From UHGV virus genome UHGV-0388295: DNA of 5,525 nucleotides; one strand, given 5' to 3'. This document shows positions 1 to 4,039 of the stretch, one piece after another. The notes under the pieces were generated by a model that made no database searches, was not told the DNA's origin, and saw only the letters and a list, made by a program, of their open reading frames with translations. Both the position numbers and the translations under genes were made by a program. The DNA comes from a virus. Numbering within the stretch: the first letter of the stretch is position 1; every line of letters begins with the position of its first letter.

Positions 1-560
1 ACTACGTATGCTTTTTCTTCTTGTTTGTTGGCATAGTAGTTTTTGAATATATCCCAGTACGCCAGATTGAATATCGCAGGAAATCTTCGGAGGTATTGAT
101 TTACATTGGATCGTCCGAATCCTTTTATTCCCAAGTATGAGAGCAGCGAGCTCGGATTGACTTGCCCTCTGTTGGTGTCGTTTTCATAGATTGATGTATT
201 GGCTGTGTATACTTGAAATTGCGGCAGCAGCACCTTGCTCATGTTCAACCCTACTCCTAACGCGTTGTTGTGCAGCGCTGCTATATAGAGTCTGATCGGA
301 ATTACGAATATGTCGATTTGATGTTTGAAGCTGCCGAATACAGGTCCGGTCGTCGGCAGTGTTTTTACTTTTGTCGTGATATCGATGTAAAATGTCGTTC
401 CGTCCATACCTATCTGGCACCAATAGGGAACGATTGTACCGCATGCTTGTGATGTTCGGATTATTTTTCCTACGTTATGCGATGATCTGCCGAAATTAGG
501 CAGATATACTTCCATTTTGCTTTCGCTTCGGATTCTGTCTCCTCCTAATGTTTTTTTCAT
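1..560 (-). CDS. VP1: Major capsid protein VP1, N-terminal part. The gene is split by linearisation of a circular genome and continues in frame at 5525..4040.
   Basis: The reverse-strand translation from ATG 560..558 runs to position 1 with no stop: MKKTLGGDRIRSESKMEVYLPNFGRSSHNVGKIIRTSQACGTIVPYWCQIGMDGTTFYIDITTKVKTLPTTGPVFGSFKHQIDIFVIPIRLY... It has the Microviridae VP1 N-terminal jelly-roll signature (…IVPY…GDxF…FVxPxRLxW). This differs from the 86-aa ORF in the track at 184..444, which is in another frame. The two nucleotides left over at position 1 plus the complement of 5525 form GTC, and the frame continues into ORF 4040..5491. Confidence 0.85.
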   Translation of the reverse strand, partial: MKKTLGGDRIRSESKMEVYLPNFGRSSHNVGKIIRTSQACGTIVPYWCQIGMDGTTFYIDITTKVKTLPTTGPVFGSFKHQIDIFVIPIRLYIAALHNNALGVGLNMSKVLLPQFQVYTANTSIYENDTNRGQVNPSSLLSYLGIKGFGRSNVNQYLRRFPAIFNLAYWDIFKNYYANKQEEKAYV

Positions 561-563
561 GGC

Positions 564-869
564 TTATTTTGTTTGATTGTTTTTCATTTCTTCGTTTACG
601 TGCAGGATGAATATGAATGTTGCGGTCAGGATGTCTTCCCATTCTTTTTTGGCTATGTGTTCTTCGGCTTCCTCTTTAGTGTCGAATTCCTTTCCGTTCA
701 AGAGCGATCCGCACATTGTGATCACCCATTTGTTTTTTTTGTTGCGGATCAGCACGAATATGCCGTTTTCCGATTGCTCTCTTTCTTCGATTTCGAGGTT
801 TACGCTTTCGATTTCGTTCTCTTTTTTTCCGCTTTCAGCAAGTAGCTGTTTTCTGAATTTTTTGTCCAT
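564..869 (-). CDS. Hypothetical protein (101 aa). The C-terminal half resembles an AP2/Arm-type DNA-binding domain.
   Basis: The segment NKWVITMCGSLLNGKEFDTKEEAEEHIAKKEWE fits the GkW…G…fxTkeEAe…a pattern of integrase Arm-DBD / AP2 folds. The stop (TAA 566..564) lies 3 nt before the VP1 ATG. Confidence 0.55.
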   Translation of the reverse strand: MDKKFRKQLLAESGKKENEIESVNLEIEEREQSENGIFVLIRNKKNKWVITMCGSLLNGKEFDTKEEAEEHIAKKEWEDILTATFIFILHVNEEMKNNQTK

Positions 870-870
870 G

Positions 871-1041
871 TTACTTGGTTTTTGTTGTTGTCGATACTTC
901 GATTGTGTCGATTTTGATTCCGTTTGCTTTGAGGTAGTGTTTGTGAGTGCATCCTTGCTCCATGATTACGGCAGCTGCGGCGCCGATTGCGGCTGCTATT
1001 ACCGCGATCCATTTTACGATTTTCTTTGCTTTTTCATTCAT
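871..1041 (-). CDS. Small membrane protein (56 aa) with an N-terminal TM helix. It is not in the supplied ORF track, which appears to omit ORFs under 60 aa. Candidate lysis or membrane-anchor protein.
   Basis: Translated by hand: MNEKAKKIVKWIAVIAAAIGAAAAVIMEQGCTHKHYLKANGIKIDTIEVSTTTKTK. A basic N-terminus is followed by a 20-residue hydrophobic stretch. The start overlaps the upstream stop (tATGAaTGA), and the stop is followed after 1 nt by the next gene's ATG (TAAcATG). Both junctions are classic translational coupling. Confidence 0.5.
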   Translation of the reverse strand: MNEKAKKIVKWIAVIAAAIGAAAAVIMEQGCTHKHYLKANGIKIDTIEVSTTTKTK

Positions 1042-1393
1042 AGTTCAATGATAATTGAGTGTCGGTTTTTTTGATCATTACTATCCTTCTGATAATAGGT
1101 TCGTACAGTTGTTTTTTTTCGTTGTATATCCAGTTGCTTACCTCGTAGAAGCTGATGCCGGTTCTTTGTGGTTTTTGAGTTTCTACGTATTCCTTGTCGA
1201 ATGTTTCTCCGTCTTCTGTCACGTAGAATGTTCCTTCGTATTTGAAGTTTTGTTTGGATACTGCTTCTACACCGATTAGTTTTACAAGATTAGTGGATCT
1301 GTCTCCGATGTCTCCTCTTCCTTTGGAGATTTTATTATCCTGTTTCTGGTCAATATATTCTCTATTTTCCTGATTGCGAATTCCGTTTCCCAT
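1034..1393 (-). CDS. Hypothetical protein (119 aa) in the accessory region.
   Basis: The ATG lies 3 nt after the Rep stop (TGAaatATG). The protein has a polar, basic N-terminal third followed by a beta-rich segment (FKYEGTFYVTEDGETFDKEYVE). Codon usage matches the neighbouring genes. No homology was recognised. Confidence 0.55.
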   Translation of the reverse strand: MGNGIRNQENREYIDQKQDNKISKGRGDIGDRSTNLVKLIGVEAVSKQNFKYEGTFYVTEDGETFDKEYVETQKPQRTGISFYEVSNWIYNEKKQLYEPIIRRIVMIKKTDTQLSLNYE

Positions 1394-1396
1394 ATT

Positions 1397-2308
1397 TCAC
1401 GAATTAATTTCTCTTTCTTTATGATCAGGTCCGCATATGCCTTGCATACTTCTTTCTTTTCTCTTTCCGTCATACTTTTTGATTGACTGCCAATATTTTA
1501 CTGCGTGTACATACTCTTTATATTGCTCTATTGTTTCTACTTTGATAGGAGTTTTGTTGTAGTACTTTACTTGTTTTTCCTCTTTTATGATCCGGAGGGC
1601 TTCGCGTTCTTGATCCGTCCATATTTTTTGTCTGTAGTATGCTGGTAGTGCTGTTTTTATTCCTGAATTTGTTCTGTATGTTTCTTCTGTGAGTTTATCC
1701 TGATATCTATGTCTGTTGAGTGTGTTTTTGTTTATGTAGCTTATTCCGATTTTTTTTGAGGTGAATATTTTTCCGTTGAATTCAGGGTTGTCTTCGTCTT
1801 TTTTCGTTATGTATTTTATGATATAGTTTATTGTTCTTTCGTTTACTTCATACCCGAAGAATACCCAGCCGTACCCCCATTCTTTTTCGAATTGTTCCTC
1901 TGTTAGTTCTGTCCATATAATGCCGTGTAGATGTATTCTTTTGGTATTGTCGTGTCCCATTTCTGTGATTAGCCAGTGTTTGAGTGGTTTTTTATGCTTT
2001 TTCCACCATCGTTTTCTGAATAGGCTGATTGCTTTTTGAGGTGTTTTGTTCGGTTCGTTTTCGTCATATTCTAATTTTTTTAGGCTTTCTTCGGAGAACG
2101 TCAGCGTTGCAAATATAGTATTTCTTGGATTGGATTTTATTTCTTCCATCAATCTTACTCTCCATTCATTTGCTTTTGCGCGTCTGCATTCTTCGCAGTG
2201 TCCGCATGGAATTTGGATCCATCTCAGACGACGGTCTCTTATTCTTTTAGCATTTTCGTTCGATTTGGCGTACTTTGGATTCTCTATGGTACTTGGATAT
2301 AGACACAC
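1397..2308 (-). CDS. VP4: VP4 replication initiation protein (rolling-circle HUH endonuclease, 303 aa). The apparent start codon is GTG.
   Basis: The protein begins MCLYPSTIENPKY. A Cys-rich element (IPCGHCEECRR) is followed by motif I (IFATLTF), HUH motif II (HLHGIIW) and motif III with two Tyr residues (NYIIKYITKK). These are hallmarks of Microviridae Rep. Between the in-frame upstream stop (TAA, 2335..2333) and the GTG at 2308 there is no ATG. Confidence 0.9.
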   Translation of the reverse strand: MCLYPSTIENPKYAKSNENAKRIRDRRLRWIQIPCGHCEECRRAKANEWRVRLMEEIKSNPRNTIFATLTFSEESLKKLEYDENEPNKTPQKAISLFRKRWWKKHKKPLKHWLITEMGHDNTKRIHLHGIIWTELTEEQFEKEWGYGWVFFGYEVNERTINYIIKYITKKDEDNPEFNGKIFTSKKIGISYINKNTLNRHRYQDKLTEETYRTNSGIKTALPAYYRQKIWTDQEREALRIIKEEKQVKYYNKTPIKVETIEQYKEYVHAVKYWQSIKKYDGKRKERSMQGICGPDHKEREINS

Positions 2309-2346
2309 TGCTTTTAATTGAATTTTCCCCCTTTAAAATCATTTTT

Positions 2347-3555
2347 CTACCATTTTGTTGTTACGGTTTTATCTACTCCTTTAAATTTCATCTCCGGATC
2401 GTAGTGTTGTGTTACTGTCGATGAATTCTTGGGGGGTGTTTCGTTCATCCTTCTTTCCGTGTATTCTCTGATTGCTTTTCCTGTTTTTCCGCCGATTGCC
2501 AGGTTTCCCACTAATTGTGCCAGTTTGATGATTGTATTCGCTATTTCGGTCCAATATTGGAGTTCTCGCAGGTCTGCGGTTGCTTCTTCGGTTCTCTTTT
2601 TTGCTTCGAGTACTTTTGCTTCTGCTTTTTGGGTTTCGCCTGCTGCGTAGAAGTAAGCTGCTTGAGCCATTGCGCTGCATGCGTCCGCGTTTATTTTTTT
2701 GATTTCTGTCGATAGTTTTTCGTCTGCATATATGCTTTCCAGAGTTTTGATTGCCGCTGTTCCTTCGAGGATTTGTTTTTCGGCTTTCATCATATCGCCC
2801 TGGAATGATTCTTCTCCGAATACGATCTTTCCGAATTTATCGTCTTCTATTTCGAAGTATTTAGGTATCTCGACTTCTTTGCCGTCGATCGTCGTTTTTT
2901 TCGTGGGTTGCCATTTTACCATTTGGTCCCATAGTTGGTTTGCCGTATCGATGAAACCTTTCCACCCTTCGAACATCTCTTGTTTTACTTGCCACAGTCT
3001 TTTTTCGACTATCGATTGGGTTTCCTCTTGGTTTTTGCCTGCTTCCGCTTCGAGTGCTTCTGCTTGCGTATTGAGTAGTTTGATTTCTGCCTCGTTCTTT
3101 CGTTCGTTCATCCGCACCTGTCGCAATGACATCAATGCCTGCAGTTGCATATTCGGATCGGCTGCTGATCCTGCTCCTGTAGCTCCTGTTGCACCCATTG
3201 GAGCACCTGTTGTCGAACCGGCTCCTCCGCCTCCGGCACCTCCTTTGCCGTACATCAGACCGGGAGACAATCCCGCTGCATCCATTTGCGCGACTTGGTT
3301 GGCGTAACTTTGGTCTTGATAGGTCCTGTTGTATAATACTTGCTGTCTTTCGAATGCATTCTCCGCCGCCATTTCTCCGTATTTGTAATTTATTTTGGCT
3401 GCATTCTCTGCCATCTCTTTCTGCTGCCTTATCTGTCTTCTTCTGCCTATGCCCAGCGTGTTGAGGATTCCCGATGCATTACCTATGATTCCCGATAAAG
3501 GGTCCATAACATCCTCTCCCTTTTCGAGTAATTCTGTTAGTTTTTTAAAGCTCAT
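2347..3555 (-). CDS. VP2: VP2 minor capsid / DNA pilot protein (402 aa).
   Basis: The N-terminus is MSFKKL…GIIG…QQKEM…AENAFERQQ…AAGLSPGLMYG. A Gly/Ala/Thr low-complexity linker follows (GGAGGGGAGSTTGAPMGATGATGAGS), then a long K/E/A/Q-rich predicted coiled coil. The size and position (after VP1, before Rep) are typical of Microviridae VP2. Confidence 0.75.
   Translation of the reverse strand: MSFKKLTELLEKGEDVMDPLSGIIGNASGILNTLGIGRRRQIRQQKEMAENAAKINYKYGEMAAENAFERQQVLYNRTYQDQSYANQVAQMDAAGLSPGLMYGKGGAGGGGAGSTTGAPMGATGATGAGSAADPNMQLQALMSLRQVRMNERKNEAEIKLLNTQAEALEAEAGKNQEETQSIVEKRLWQVKQEMFEGWKGFIDTANQLWDQMVKWQPTKKTTIDGKEVEIPKYFEIEDDKFGKIVFGEESFQGDMMKAEKQILEGTAAIKTLESIYADEKLSTEIKKINADACSAMAQAAYFYAAGETQKAEAKVLEAKKRTEEATADLRELQYWTEIANTIIKLAQLVGNLAIGGKTGKAIREYTERRMNETPPKNSSTVTQHYDPEMKFKGVDKTVTTKW
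3163..3249 (-). repeat. Low-complexity imperfect tandem nucleotide repeat (gctcctgt/gcacctgt/gctcctcc units) encoding the Gly/Ala/Thr-rich linker of VP2.
   Basis: Read directly from the sequence. It corresponds to VP2 residues about 103-131. Confidence 0.5.
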
Positions 3556-3650
3556 TTTCGTTCTTTTTTTAAAAAGAATTTATACCTATAGTTCTTGTTA
3601 TATATGTATAAATGTCTACCGCTCTGTGCCACATATATTTACGAGGGTTA
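3556..3650 (-). promoter_or_regulatory. AT-rich leader upstream of VP2, a putative promoter/operator region. It includes the AT palindrome ttcttttt-tt-aaaaagaa at 3561..3578.
   Basis: This is the only noncoding stretch longer than 40 nt. The palindrome abuts the VP2 ATG at 3555. No exact Bacteroides-type TAnnTTTG -7 element was found, only near-matches (TAAATTCT). Confidence 0.3.
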
Positions 3651-3681
3651 AAAGAGGGGGGCGGAAATATCCCCCCTCTTT
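3651..3681. terminator. Perfect 11-bp stem (aaagagggggg / cccccctcttt) with a 9-nt loop (cggaaatat). Putative intrinsic terminator, or a candidate replication-origin or packaging hairpin.
   Basis: Read directly from the sequence: 3651-3661 pairs with 3671-3681. The G6/C6 runs are unique in an AT-rich genome. T-runs follow the stem on both strands. It sits 30 nt downstream of the stop of the 107-aa ORF, inside the only large intergenic region. Confidence 0.4.
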
Positions 3682-3711
3682 GAGTTTTTGGTAGATCTTT
3701 ATACGACTGCT

Positions 3712-4035
3712 TTAGCTTTTTTCGGGATCGGTTTTTCCTTCTGTCTCGAAATTTTTCGCAGCCTCGGTTTCGCCTTTGTTTTTTGCGATTTGGCTTGCTG
3801 CGCTTTGGTTGATTTTATCCATTGCGTCTATCGCTACTTCGAATCGATCTGTTCTTATGTCGTATTCGGGTCGCACTCCATCTTTTTTTTCCGTGTAGAT
3901 TGTCGGGAATACTCCATCCTCCATGTTACTGGCTTCTCCGCTGATTATCTTTCTTAGTTTTACTTCCCTCGGTTCTGCCTCGTAGGTAAGGTCTGGATTA
4001 TCGATACATCCTTTTCTACTTTTTGCTGTTTTCAT
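3712..4035 (-). CDS. Hypothetical K/E-rich protein (107 aa) between VP1 and VP2. Possibly a scaffold or internal protein; this is by position only.
   Basis: The ATG at 4035 lies 4 nt after the VP1 stop (TAAtaccATG), suggesting translational coupling. The strand is consistent with the other genes. No homology was recognised. Confidence 0.5.
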   Translation of the reverse strand: MKTAKSRKGCIDNPDLTYEAEPREVKLRKIISGEASNMEDGVFPTIYTEKKDGVRPEYDIRTDRFEVAIDAMDKINQSAASQIAKNKGETEAAKNFETEGKTDPEKS

Positions 4036-4039
4036 GGTA

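Noticed and set aside
184-444. 86-aa minus-strand ORF.
   Set aside because: It lies in an alternative frame nested inside the VP1 N-terminal coding region, which has a continuous, motif-bearing frame. It is Arg/Ser-rich phantom.
1021-1041. Lipoprotein signal peptide interpretation of the 56-aa ORF (Cys at residue 31).
   Set aside because: Residues -3 to -1 (E-Q-G) do not fit a lipobox, and the hydrophobic core (20 aa) is TM-length. A signal anchor or TM protein is more likely.
577-1074. 165-aa plus-strand ORF, and other plus-strand ORFs (573..845, 1055..1279, 2046..2321, 2429..2650, 2515..2715, 2699..3307, 3189..3464, 3395..3694, 3688..3957, 4023..4340, 4234..4491, 4506..4730, 4743..4955, 4906..5115).
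   Set aside because: Their translations are Phe/Ser/Cys/Leu-rich low-complexity strings typical of the antisense of A-rich genes. They overlap well-supported minus-strand genes and have no coupling or recognisable motifs.
1282-1473. 63-aa K/E-rich ORF overlapping the Rep 3' end and the 119-aa gene 5' end.
   Set aside because: It would have to be overprinted on two different genes in two different frames. It has no independent start context. Leaving it uncalled is safer unless conservation analysis supports it.
2309-2346. Purine run aaagggggaaaa upstream of Rep as a Shine-Dalgarno sequence.
   Set aside because: It lies about 18 nt from the GTG start, too far for an SD, and no other gene in the genome uses an SD.
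3580-3650. Possible dif-like (XerC/D) attachment site in the AT-rich intergenic region (…ttgttatatatgtataaatgtc…), as used by Bacteroidetes microvirus prophages.
   Set aside because: The required arrangement of two ~11-bp imperfect inverted arms around a 6-8-bp spacer was not convincingly found by eye. The window looks like a free circular genome, not an integrated copy. This needs a motif search against host dif sites.
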